DNA of 64,000 bases, from NCBI GenBank assembly GCA_965198235.1, contig OZ240248.1:256001-320000 (forward strand), given 5' to 3'. The position numbers and the translations under genes were made by a program. Positions 39,212-49,070 of this stretch are shown here, piece after piece. The stretch comes from Candidatus Poribacteria bacterium. Lineage in GTDB: Bacteria > Poribacteria > WGA-4E > WGA-3G. Below the pieces are notes generated by a model, which made no database searches, was not told the DNA's origin, and saw only the letters and a program-made list of their open reading frames with translations. Within the stretch, counting starts at the first letter, position 1; the number at the start of each line of letters is the position of its first letter.

Positions 39212-39386
39212 CCTATTTTTCTCTCCTTTCAGATTTTTTAATTTATGGCTGCTTGCTCTGCCCTCCATTTCATTTCGGGCAGGTTTCTGGTTAAGTCGCG
39301 ACTGGAATTGAGGATTTGTACCGTCAGCAAGATAAATAGGATTTTTCAGTTACCGACCATACGCAACAAAATACGATTACACTGTA

Positions 39387-41348
39387 CTACGGCCAAATTC
39401 CGTATGTCGGTATATTAAACACCATGCCCAATATTGTCCACAGACTCCCGACGGTAAATTGCCCCAATATCAATCCCAAAAAGAACGGCATCGCCTTTCG
39501 ATGGGCATTTCTCCCTCCGTATTTTAGCAGAAGCAATTTCAGTAACCACACCACCCCGAGACTAAACCAGATGTAATTGACTGCCCAACTCCCACACACG
39601 GCGGCATACGCTGCCGGATGAAAAGGAAACCAGAAAAACTTCATTCGCATCAACATAAGGAAAAGCGCGAACAGTAAACCAATTCCGGTAAATCCTAACG
39701 CCCAATAGTCGGGAGCCAGCGGATGGGCTAACCATTTCTGTAGATGTGTCCACGGTTCAGACCCGTATATGATTGGCACACGAGACATCTCGTGTAAAGC
39801 ACCGAGTCGGTAAGGTATGGATATAAGTGCCCAAAATTGCGAGAGGATGCCAACGCACAGCGCAATAAGGATTGCAAATAGCATAAAACGACTCTGGATT
39901 CCTGACGTTGAGGCGAGTTTGAATCCTTCAAGTTGATGGGGCATTGGATGAGAATCGAAGGTGCGCGTAAAAAACCAGAAAAAAGAGAACATCGAAAGAT
40001 TATTCGGTCCCAGCGGACGGGTGCCTAAAGCGGCAACCATGACCCGTTCGGGTCCTGTATAGTGTAAGTCGTGCATTGGCGATCCGAGTTCGGCTCGCAT
40101 CCGGGAAACCGCCGTTGAGAAGGCGAAATAGAGTCCAAAAAAGACAAGAACCGCCCAGAGGGACATACCCGCTCTCAAACAAAAAAAGATCAGAAACGCA
40201 ACACCAGAAATCAGTGCAAGGACAAGGGTCAGGTGTGACATCGGTTCATTCCGCGTGGACGCTGAACGGGCTTTCGCTCCCAGTAAATTCTGAAGGTGTT
40301 TCCGGCTCCTCCAAATGGCGATTAGAAAGATGCCCATATAGGCACCAAATCCTTGATAGTTGATGTAAGGATAACTCGTCCCTTCTAATCCCATAACGCT
40401 TCCGAAGATCTGTTGTGCCTTCCACACCCAAAAGAAGAACCACGTTGAAAACAACAGATCCAACGGAATCAGAAATCCGATGCCTAAAACAAAGGGATAA
40501 ATCCCCAATCTCAGCCAACCCATCGCGGAAAAAGGTTTCTCTGTGAATCTGAAACGGTATGCTTTCTCGTATACAGAGGGTATCGCAGGAAAGACGTGGT
40601 GGAGACCGTTAACGATGTCGAAAGTCGCTACCAGCCCGAAAGCAATCCACATCAGCCGGTTCGTGAAGAAACCGTCGCTGGTCATTCGTGCTGGAAGTTG
40701 GATAATCGGATACGCCAGTTTCTCATCTTCCGTCCACGGTTTCCGCACGATAACAGTGATGCAAACCATAACAAACAGCATCACAAAGAGAAAGGCGAAC
40801 CAATTTAACACAGGCGTTAGCCACCCCAACAGATGCTGCTTTGTGTACAGCGTAGAATCTCCCTCGTAGTAGCCCGAAAGAACACTCTTGTCCGCCACGG
40901 CAAGCCAGTTCGGAATATACCGCCAAAACAGGTCTTTCCAATCGTTCTCTGGTGTTGCGAACCAGAAAGCGTGTCCCAACGTGGAAACCAAAATCTCCAT
41001 CATGCTGTGTCCCGCAGTGGCGGATGCGACGGATAACATGACATAGATGACCAAGAGTTCACCTTGAGATAGAGCTAACCGAGGCAGGAATCGCTTGAAT
41101 ATTCGGTTGAACCCCATCAACAGAAGCACATTGAAAACAACCGTGAAAATAAGCGAGACGATTGTAGGCTGCGCCGAATATTGCACCAGTTCAATATAGG
41201 TAATCCAATAACAATTGATAGGGATTAGAAGAATTCCAATTGCTATGGACCGCCAGCCGACGGATGAGGACGGTTTGGATGGAGATATGGTTGGTTTTGT
41301 ATGCGGCATTTCGGATCTGTTTTGGAAATCCTGATCCACAATTGACAT
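39387..41348 (-). CDS. DUF6785/DUF6784-like polytopic membrane protein (putative transporter)
   Basis: Many TM helices; ATPENDW, W...EKLAYPIIQLP, WFPFHP and PFFLGLILG motifs. Confidence 0.7.
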   Translation of the reverse strand: MSIVDQDFQNRSEMPHTKPTISPSKPSSSVGWRSIAIGILLIPINCYWITYIELVQYSAQPTIVSLIFTVVFNVLLLMGFNRIFKRFLPRLALSQGELLVIYVMLSVASATAGHSMMEILVSTLGHAFWFATPENDWKDLFWRYIPNWLAVADKSVLSGYYEGDSTLYTKQHLLGWLTPVLNWFAFLFVMLFVMVCITVIVRKPWTEDEKLAYPIIQLPARMTSDGFFTNRLMWIAFGLVATFDIVNGLHHVFPAIPSVYEKAYRFRFTEKPFSAMGWLRLGIYPFVLGIGFLIPLDLLFSTWFFFWVWKAQQIFGSVMGLEGTSYPYINYQGFGAYMGIFLIAIWRSRKHLQNLLGAKARSASTRNEPMSHLTLVLALISGVAFLIFFCLRAGMSLWAVLVFFGLYFAFSTAVSRMRAELGSPMHDLHYTGPERVMVAALGTRPLGPNNLSMFSFFWFFTRTFDSHPMPHQLEGFKLASTSGIQSRFMLFAILIALCVGILSQFWALISIPYRLGALHEMSRVPIIYGSEPWTHLQKWLAHPLAPDYWALGFTGIGLLFALFLMLMRMKFFWFPFHPAAYAAVCGSWAVNYIWFSLGVVWLLKLLLLKYGGRNAHRKAMPFFLGLILGQFTVGSLWTILGMVFNIPTYGIWP

Positions 41349-41444
41349 ACGCCCTTAGCTAAAGCTCAGGCTTGGCGTGAAGAGTGAAAAGATATGACTC
41401 TACTGTAGGAGAGACGACCTTTAGCGATTTGTGTCCATCGATTA

Positions 41445-42272
41445 TCACGACTTATCTGACAGCGAACTACCATCCCGATACGAGAAAACCAATGGCAGGT
41501 GCGCATCATCCGCCAACACATCACCGGCCTCCAATTTTCCGAACACTTCGTCGGGTAGTGCGCTCCTTTTACCATTGAACGTGGCATCCTCCGGCATAAA
41601 AAGCATGGCAAACGCACGGCGAGGGCCCGTCGTCATATTGGGTCCTGCCGCATGGGCGACCATCCCGCTGATGAATACGCCGGCTCCCGCTTTCATCTCA
41701 GCGGCGTAGGGTTCAATCTCCGCCCACTGTGGATATTCGCGGAACAGCTCGCCGATTCCTGCTTCCCCAAGACTGCCACCAACCTCAAAGCCGCTCGTCT
41801 TATGTGTGCCGGGCAGAAAATACAAACAGCCGTTCTGAACGGTTGTATCGTCGAGTGCTACCCAGAACATGATCGCCTGATGTGAATAAAACGGGTCGTA
41901 TGGATTATCAACATGGAAGTTCGTTGGATTTGCCCACGGTTGCTTAACCATCGCGTGGTCGTGATACAACCGCACACCCGAAGTGCCGGCGAGGTCTGCC
42001 GCCAACTTACCCAACTCAGGGGCGAGAATCAACTGTTTAATCTTCTCGCTCGTCTTCCACAAATTGACACATTGAACGAAGACGTTCTTGTAGTAACCGT
42101 CTTCTCCGCCTTGATTGTGATAGGTATCAGGTCGGCTCACATGCTGCGCGATAGCCTCGTCAACTGCATTCTGCCACGACGACAACTCGGAACCTTTCAG
42201 GAAGTCGTCAATAATCAGAAATCCATTTTCACGGTAAAATTCAATCTGATCGCTCGTCCGTTGTGTATTCAT
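41445..42272 (-). CDS. PhyH family dioxygenase
   Basis: FYRENGF, HVD, NGCL.FLPGTH and HAAGPN.T..RR motifs; start set at MNTQRT. Confidence 0.88.
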   Translation of the reverse strand: MNTQRTSDQIEFYRENGFLIIDDFLKGSELSSWQNAVDEAIAQHVSRPDTYHNQGGEDGYYKNVFVQCVNLWKTSEKIKQLILAPELGKLAADLAGTSGVRLYHDHAMVKQPWANPTNFHVDNPYDPFYSHQAIMFWVALDDTTVQNGCLYFLPGTHKTSGFEVGGSLGEAGIGELFREYPQWAEIEPYAAEMKAGAGVFISGMVAHAAGPNMTTGPRRAFAMLFMPEDATFNGKRSALPDEVFGKLEAGDVLADDAHLPLVFSYRDGSSLSDKS

Positions 42273-42699
42273 CTTTTTAACTATTAGGTTTCTGGCCTGC
42301 CTTCCAAATGTAAAGCATTCTCGCTGCGAAGCAAAATTATGCCATAAGGCATAATTACAGCAAAACGCTTGCTTTATCGCTCCAGTCATTACTTTTTCCA
42401 ATCTCTCTTTCGTGCGGGTGCAGGGGTCAGATACGTCAACCCCTACTCTTATGAGACAGGCATTAGTAGAATCACATTCCTTAAAGCTATTTTTCTCTGG
42501 CATAGCGAGGTTTAGTATTTTTGCAAGTCTATTGGATTTAGTTTCCTGCTCTCTGTTTTTAGGAACTTCAGAGCGATATAACATTCTCGTGTTGCGGTGC
42601 CCGCCAGCAGCGCGACTATGGGGTTGCTTCAGTATCTACCCCTGACCCGATACTTGGTCAAAGTGCCTCTACGTCAAACAACTCAATAAAGGATTTTTT

Positions 42700-42915
42700 T
42701 TAATTTTTGACTAAAGCAATAATTGAGACGATCAATGCAGTAGCAGCACATATCGCAACAATCCAATCCTTCAAAACTGAAAATCCTATTTTACGTCCTC
42801 GCAATTCTGCAACATCTGTTTCGACGTTACGTAACCGTCCGTCAATGCTTATGAGGGTTGACTTCAGGTCATCAAATCCTTTGGACATCAAATCGTATAA
42901 TTCTTGGGTGGTCAT
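42700..42915 (-). CDS. Small coiled-coil protein with C-terminal TM helix (XhlA/holin-like architecture)
   Basis: AAAGGAGA RBS; IDGRLRNVETDVAELRG followed by a hydrophobic tail. Confidence 0.6.
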   Translation of the reverse strand: MTTQELYDLMSKGFDDLKSTLISIDGRLRNVETDVAELRGRKIGFSVLKDWIVAICAATALIVSIIALVKN

Positions 42916-43221
42916 TGTGTATCTCCTTTTGTGTATAGTAAATCATATTTGTTCTCGGGTGTCAATGAAAACATATCGACGTGTGTCAATCTCTTCGTAG
43001 AAAAGAAAGGAACTCTGTTTTTTGCGTGGATTTTAGGTGCATCACGCTGGCTGCCCAATCGCCCGAATCCAGCGATGAAAGGGTGGAAGGATGGAAGGAA
43101 CAGAAGGATGAGGAGTTTCGCCCAACGCTTCTACCCTTCCAGTCTTCCAATCTTGCAAGTAAACCAAGGAATTTTGCGCAACTCCTATTAATATTGCGTC
43201 TGTCCTAATTGTGTGTCTCCC

Positions 43222-44025
43222 TCAATCATAATTACTGGGTCGATGATCACCGAGGAGCCGTCTCTGTCGAGGATTCGCTTGGGCGAGAATCGATGCATCA
43301 AACTGAAATTTATTCAGATAGGGCGGGTATTTCTGGGTAATCATCCGCATGGCATAGTGGACCTGCAAGAGGTAGCGGGTCTCGTCACTCGTATTGGCAG
43401 AGCCACGATGCCAGACTTCACTGCGGAAAAGCACCACGTCCCCCGCATTGCACAAGATACTCTCTTCCCCTCGGTTCTTCCACTCGGTTGCTCCGTTTGG
43501 TGAGCACCCAGAGAAATGGCTGCCCGGGACAAACTTCGTTGGTCCCAATTCCTCGGACATATCATTGAGATAGTAATGGGCAGTAGTGATGAAGATTGGG
43601 ACTTTGACGCGTGGATCGGAACGAATGTCTGCCGGTAGACTGATTGGCAGCCAATCGGTATGTAACCCCTGATCCGGACGTCCGGGTCCTGTCACCCACG
43701 ATTGCATACCGATGCAATGACAATCCTCGCCGTGAGTCGCCTCGGCGACTTCAATAATCTGTGATTTGTCAAGGAATTGGAGATACAACGGATCTCGATT
43801 AAACGAGTTGTTGATGATTTTGTTGAGGAATTTGCCACCATTTTGGGGCGTTTGATGCCGATCCAAACACTCAGGAAGTGTCTCTAATCGATCCATAGTG
43901 GCTCGCAATTCTGCGACTTCCTCAGCATCAAGCACGCTGGGGAAATAGACGTAACCATCCCTTTCCAGTGCTTCCACTTGGCTTTCTAAATCGTTGTAGG
44001 CTACGAGTGAGAGGGCTTTCGCCAT
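43222..44025 (-). CDS. PhyH family dioxygenase
   Basis: LERDGY, HTD, GPTKFVPGSH and WHRGSAN motifs. Confidence 0.88.
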   Translation of the reverse strand: MAKALSLVAYNDLESQVEALERDGYVYFPSVLDAEEVAELRATMDRLETLPECLDRHQTPQNGGKFLNKIINNSFNRDPLYLQFLDKSQIIEVAEATHGEDCHCIGMQSWVTGPGRPDQGLHTDWLPISLPADIRSDPRVKVPIFITTAHYYLNDMSEELGPTKFVPGSHFSGCSPNGATEWKNRGEESILCNAGDVVLFRSEVWHRGSANTSDETRYLLQVHYAMRMITQKYPPYLNKFQFDASILAQANPRQRRLLGDHRPSNYD

Positions 44026-44126
44026 TTTCGGTACTCCTTTCGGACGACAGCAACCGGTCAATTCTTATCGCTATGATATGTTAACTTCGACGAAGTTGTC
44101 AACATTTTTATTAGCCATCAGCCATT

Positions 44127-45944
44127 TCAATCTTCGTCGATACGCCAGGTACAGTTGATATTATTGTCCTTGTAAAATTGCTTTAGTGCTGGTTTATCAA
44201 ACCATAGCTGAATTTCCTTGCCCACAATATGACCCACACTGCTCACCTTGAGGTAAAGACCACCGGCTGTCCATCCGGGCATGATGTCGTAGCGTCCAGT
44301 TTGCGCAGCGTAGATACTGAGCAGTGCCAACGGCTCCATCGCATCGAGATTCGCGGTTTTATGAGTGTCCTGCAAAATCTCAATCACCGTCTTCCCTTCA
44401 TGAGACTCCTGCAATTCCGGTTTATCCATGACCCGGCTGTGGAGGGTAAAACCGTCTTCGAGTGTAAAAAGCCCGCTATCGGGGTGTTGTCTACCTTGAA
44501 GTAGGTTGTTCCCGATTCGCTCCGCCATCGCCAGAAATTCTGCCTTTGGTTCTACTCGGTACAGGTCCACCAGAGCGAAGATATAAGCGGGTTCCAAAGC
44601 ACCTGTTTCAAAATTCAACGACGATGGGGAATTCTTATCAGCACCGATGTCGCCGATCCCAAAGGCTTTGAACATGGTGCGTAGGGAGTCTCTGAACTCG
44701 CTTCTGCCCTCGGAAATTCGATACCCACGGGCACAAACGGCGGTAAAGAGCGGTGTGATGTTTTGCGGCAGAAATGCGCCGCCTTCTTTCGCTCCAAAGT
44801 AAAGTTTCTCAGTCTTGAAAGGTCCCTTTATCCGAAAACCTGTTAGATCCGTTCCATCAATAACGATACTCTTCAGCGTATTGTTTTTCGGATCGTAGGA
44901 GGCGTTTAGGAAACCGATGATGTGTTGCTCCACTGCCGCTTTGATGTGCGCCATTTCGCCGATGCGACCGTATTTTTCGGCATTTTCCACGATTGTCAGC
45001 ATACCCATCATCTGGGTAATAGTGTGGTTCAACTGATTACCCACATAGACTCTCGGTTCGGTAGCCTGCGGATATTTTCTACCGAATACGTTAAGCCCGC
45101 GTCTGGAAATTTGTGGATGCACCAAATTGGGCCAGATGCCAGTCTCTGGATCTCGCTGCTTTATAATCAGATTTAAGAGGCGTTCCCCCCAAATCCGCGG
45201 TACCTCCTCCTGCTTTTGGTAGCCCAAGCTATAAGCGGCGTAAGCCAGATCCAGTGCCACACTGATAAATGAGAGATCTGCGCTGATTTCGGGTGCCTTG
45301 TATCCGTCCCAAGGTCTGTTCCAAGTATTGGCATGATCGACCTGCTTTTTGAAATCACCGTGTCGGTTGTAGTGTAAGGCGTCCCAATCCTTGATATTTG
45401 CTTCCCAAATACCTTTCATCAGCATCTCGCCCCGGTCGGCATCCACGGCTCTCAGCAATTCCCAGTAGGGATATACGTCTTCTATTTCGTGGACAACGCC
45501 CTTCATGCCGTACCTATTACCGGTTACCAAGTCCACATAGCCGTGTCCTCCCCAGTGCAGAACGCCACTTTCGGGATACCAGTAGTTGTTGAACATGTAT
45601 TCGGCGGCTTCTCCCGCGGCACGGATGCATGTACCATCCCCAGTGAACTGGCTTAAAGAAGCCAACAACCGCATCAGGTTCTGCTGATTTTGAAAAAAAC
45701 TCCAGACCGCTGGTTTCGGTTCGGTGCCTGTGCGGTGAGATGTCATAGATCTGGGTGCCTCCAAATGGTCAGTATGAAGGCAATCGGCAAAGAGTGGCAT
45801 ATCTTTGCCACTGTATCTATCTCTCCCGTATTGTATTGCTGTATCTGCGAAGAGACTCGCCGCTTTTAAAAAGCGGTTATTATCTATTTCGTCAGGACGC
45901 AATCGGTCTCTGCCAATCCACCGATCTAATCGATTAACGTTCAT
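44127..45944 (-). CDS. Pectate lyase PL2-like (alpha/alpha barrel) protein
   Basis: PLFAD, QQNLMR.L..LS..TGD, WGGH and DW..L..NRHG motifs resemble PelY/PelW; no signal peptide. Confidence 0.65.
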   Translation of the reverse strand: MNVNRLDRWIGRDRLRPDEIDNNRFLKAASLFADTAIQYGRDRYSGKDMPLFADCLHTDHLEAPRSMTSHRTGTEPKPAVWSFFQNQQNLMRLLASLSQFTGDGTCIRAAGEAAEYMFNNYWYPESGVLHWGGHGYVDLVTGNRYGMKGVVHEIEDVYPYWELLRAVDADRGEMLMKGIWEANIKDWDALHYNRHGDFKKQVDHANTWNRPWDGYKAPEISADLSFISVALDLAYAAYSLGYQKQEEVPRIWGERLLNLIIKQRDPETGIWPNLVHPQISRRGLNVFGRKYPQATEPRVYVGNQLNHTITQMMGMLTIVENAEKYGRIGEMAHIKAAVEQHIIGFLNASYDPKNNTLKSIVIDGTDLTGFRIKGPFKTEKLYFGAKEGGAFLPQNITPLFTAVCARGYRISEGRSEFRDSLRTMFKAFGIGDIGADKNSPSSLNFETGALEPAYIFALVDLYRVEPKAEFLAMAERIGNNLLQGRQHPDSGLFTLEDGFTLHSRVMDKPELQESHEGKTVIEILQDTHKTANLDAMEPLALLSIYAAQTGRYDIMPGWTAGGLYLKVSSVGHIVGKEIQLWFDKPALKQFYKDNNINCTWRIDED

Positions 45945-46217
45945 ACACCCTCCACGATATTTTTACCTATGAACCGTTTTGGACTTACTTTAACCCAAGT
46001 TGCTACTAAAAAATTCTGATGTTTTTGCTTGGGTATTTCTGCGGATTCCAACGAGGGATCTTAGGCATTTTCTTCACCCCAGCGGGGTGATATGTTTATA
46101 GAAACCGGGATCTACAACTTCTTGCAATCCAGCGGAGTGCTATGTATCTAAATGGTTTCAATGTGACTAGGGCTTGCAGCTAACCTTTTACCGAACTCAC
46201 GTTGACCTTGTTTTGAT

Positions 46218-47591
46218 TCAGTCTTTCACTTTTCTTGTCCATGCTATCACGGCGGCTCCGAACACGGCAAAGCCGAAGAAAGTAAAGGGCATCTGCCATA
46301 GAAGAAAACTCATGTGTATATGGATAAATGAGTGTGCCTTGAAGATGACATACCACGATAAAGGTGCCAGAATTGAAAACCACGTCGTCCAGATTAATGC
46401 GATGTCCTGCTGTCGTCGCTCCGCTATCATTTTTTGGCTCCGCAAAAATAGCAGAACGGATATTGCTATAAAGAGAACTATCAGATAATAATATCGTATT
46501 TTCAATAGGAAGTTAGAGACGAATGAGTTTGTGAGAGATAGATAGTTGTTGAGATCAAAGAAAACACCGTTCATGTAAGTAATGACTACCCCTATCGTAC
46601 CGGCTTCAAGACTGGCAGCATATACCTCTGGAAAACCTCCTGCCTCTCCGTGCGTTCGCTTTCCGAGGGAATAGACCACATGCCCAACGCCGTCCATGAA
46701 TCCCTCCTTCGCAGCACCGATCTGGAAACATAACAGCGTAAGACTCAAAAAAATTGCTACACCTGATCCACATACGGCTGCAAGCGTCCATTTCACACAT
46801 TGGTGGCGGCTCCATTTGTCGAGAATGACATAATAGACTAACGGCACCATCATCATTACCAGAGTGGTTGTAATGTACTCAAAGCCGTTGATGAAACACT
46901 TAATGAAAACCGAGATGCAGATCAGGATTCCAAACCTGATGAACTGACGGTTCGCTGGAACTCTGTGCCGTTTAAGGTAGTACAAGACGATAATCATCGG
47001 CAGGTAGAACGCCCATAGACTCCACCAAAGATTTTTACCAAAGACTGTCAACCATTGGGAGAGCACAGCCGAACCTGCGACGAAGATCGCGACCCACCCG
47101 CCAAACTCCTCATAGAACCAACCTATAATCGCGGTCAATGCGATTGCCGAAAGTAGTGCTGTCAACACATAGAATGACCATAACTTGATTTGGGGCGATA
47201 GAGGAATGAATCTATCGAGTAGACTGAAAATGATTCCTTGCCCCCCAGTTTGTGACATGTACGGCGAGAATTTATCAAAGGAGTGTCTGTTAAGATAGGC
47301 TGAATATTGATTGTCAATCTGGTTTGAAGATATCCATTTTTGCTGAATATCAGCAATTCCCGCCCCCGTCAGTCCACCTACCGAGAAGATGCCATCTTGG
47401 CGGGATTTGACCATTCTTCCTACAATAAGACTTTCAGTGTCTCGCTGATGCGTGTCAAACCATTGCTGTTCGGCGACATGCCATAAGTTAGAGAAAAACC
47501 CGAAAAATAGGAGTCCGATGGATAGTGCCCATAAAGCTATCTTCCTTGCAAGTTCCGATTGACTGAGGTGTTTAAGTCGCATCGTGAACAT
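46218..47591 (-). CDS. Polytopic membrane protein, possibly a GT-C-type glycosyltransferase
   Basis: About 11 TM helices; large first extracytoplasmic loop with acidic QRDTES; start at 47591 lies outside the MITE. Confidence 0.55.
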   Translation of the reverse strand: MFTMRLKHLSQSELARKIALWALSIGLLFFGFFSNLWHVAEQQWFDTHQRDTESLIVGRMVKSRQDGIFSVGGLTGAGIADIQQKWISSNQIDNQYSAYLNRHSFDKFSPYMSQTGGQGIIFSLLDRFIPLSPQIKLWSFYVLTALLSAIALTAIIGWFYEEFGGWVAIFVAGSAVLSQWLTVFGKNLWWSLWAFYLPMIIVLYYLKRHRVPANRQFIRFGILICISVFIKCFINGFEYITTTLVMMMVPLVYYVILDKWSRHQCVKWTLAAVCGSGVAIFLSLTLLCFQIGAAKEGFMDGVGHVVYSLGKRTHGEAGGFPEVYAASLEAGTIGVVITYMNGVFFDLNNYLSLTNSFVSNFLLKIRYYYLIVLFIAISVLLFLRSQKMIAERRQQDIALIWTTWFSILAPLSWYVIFKAHSFIHIHMSFLLWQMPFTFFGFAVFGAAVIAWTRKVKD

Positions 47592-47610
47592 ATCGTTATG
47601 TCTGTTATAC

Positions 47611-47828
47611 CAACTCAAGTTGCTACCTATAGAAAATTCATAAGTTTTCTGTAAAAGTTGAGGGATTCACGCCTTCGCTCCAGAGGAGCGGTATGTCTAT
47701 AGAAAATTGTGATCTCCTATCTTCCGCTCCAGCGGAGCGGTATGTGTGGGGAAAGATAAACAGTGATAGAACATTCCGAATCTTTTGCGCAGACGATATT
47801 TTCCCAGTTTAGGTGGCAACTTGCGTTA
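47611..47828. mobile_element. 218-bp MITE with 16-bp TIRs and 6-bp TSD
   Basis: caactcaagttgctac / gtggcaacttgcgtta; ttatac on both sides; internal duplicated cgctccag.ggagcggtatgt. Confidence 0.85.
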
Positions 47829-48066
47829 TTATACGACTTTTGCCCGTCTCCTTCATCGACTAACACTTGGGTTATGTTACCACGACTCTCTCCTTTTAGC
47901 AAGCCGAAGAAAGTGGAGAGAAAAAACAAAAATCCACATTTTAACCGATGTATGTTATAATCTGGAAATATCGTGTTATTGATGGATGCTGTAGGAGGGG
48001 CTTTTGAGCCGCTCTTGCAGTCGAATGATCGCCTATTATTCTTCAACTCAAGAGAGGACAGATTGA

Positions 48067-48876
48067 ATGAACAGAAAAATAACTTTGATATTGGCTCTGG
48101 CGATTTTAGTCTTGCAAACGAATCCCCTTGAGAGTCAGGTCGTTAGAGACGGACTGGTAAGTTACTGGACTTTTGATACTGCAGATGTTGACGGCGACAC
48201 TGTTAAAGACGCTGTGGGCGGCAATGACGGAACGCTGATAGGCGCGCCTAAACAGGTCACTGGCAAATTCGGTCAAGCCTTCAAATTTAATGGGAAGCCG
48301 GATGCCATTGATATTGGTGCCCCTGCTGATGGGAGTCTCGATTTTGGCGATGACAAAGATTTCTCGATGGTCGCATGGATCAAAGTTGACAAAGCCCCAG
48401 AATTGGACGGAAATCAGTCTACAATCGTGAGTAAGGGAGACGGAGGTGGCAACGCCAGAATCCTCTGGAAAATCAACACAACGAAAGTCAGTGTAACGAT
48501 TTCACACATAGGTGGTGGTCCGACCTCCCACTTTCTCGGAGTCAAGGATGTAACCGACGGAAAATGGCATCACGTTCTTTTTGTTGCGGATAGATCGGAG
48601 CCGACGCGTCTCTATATCGACGGTAAATTTGACGCTGAGGGACAGGAGTCTGATGAAATAGATATTACCACAGAATCTCGCATGTATATCGGTGCCTCAG
48701 TCCGAATCGGCGAAACCACTCGAAGATACTTTGAAGGACTGATTGACGAGGTGGGTATCTATGATCGGGCACTAACCGATGATGAAATCGAAAGGAACTA
48801 CAATGCGAAGGGACTTGCTGTCAGTCCGCAAAAGAAACTCGTTATCGCTTGGGGAGAGATAAAGATTTCGAGGTAA
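48067..48876 (+). CDS. Exported LamG protein
   Basis: Signal peptide; LVSYWTFD, WHHV, LYIDG, IDEVGIYDRAL; tail AVSPQKKLVIAWGEIK. Confidence 0.85.
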   Translation: MNRKITLILALAILVLQTNPLESQVVRDGLVSYWTFDTADVDGDTVKDAVGGNDGTLIGAPKQVTGKFGQAFKFNGKPDAIDIGAPADGSLDFGDDKDFSMVAWIKVDKAPELDGNQSTIVSKGDGGGNARILWKINTTKVSVTISHIGGGPTSHFLGVKDVTDGKWHHVLFVADRSEPTRLYIDGKFDAEGQESDEIDITTESRMYIGASVRIGETTRRYFEGLIDEVGIYDRALTDDEIERNYNAKGLAVSPQKKLVIAWGEIKISR

Positions 48877-48878
48877 GG

Positions 48879-49042
48879 TTTATAGTAAAGCCCGAAAATA
48901 TGTGAACACAGGAGATTGGGGACCTCCCCCTCACTGGCGAGGTTTCCTTGGGGAAATCCGCAGAAATACCCTATCAAAAACACCTATCAAAAACACCTCG
49001 CCAACTCTAATGTGTATAGGTAATTATGGGCTTTACTATAAA
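48879..49042. mobile_element. MITE with perfect 15-bp inverted ends (possible TA target, IS630-like)
   Basis: tttatagtaaagccc / gggctttactataaa; same ends at 59660-59785. Confidence 0.8.
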
Positions 49043-49070
49043 ATCCAATATCCCTCTGAGTAGGCAAAAA

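Noticed and set aside
42273-42584. Long N-terminal extensions in the ORF track (also at 33852, 39268, 47618, 49026, 57954 and 59693)
   Set aside because: The extensions run through intergenic repeats or MITE ends; downstream ATGs match family starts.
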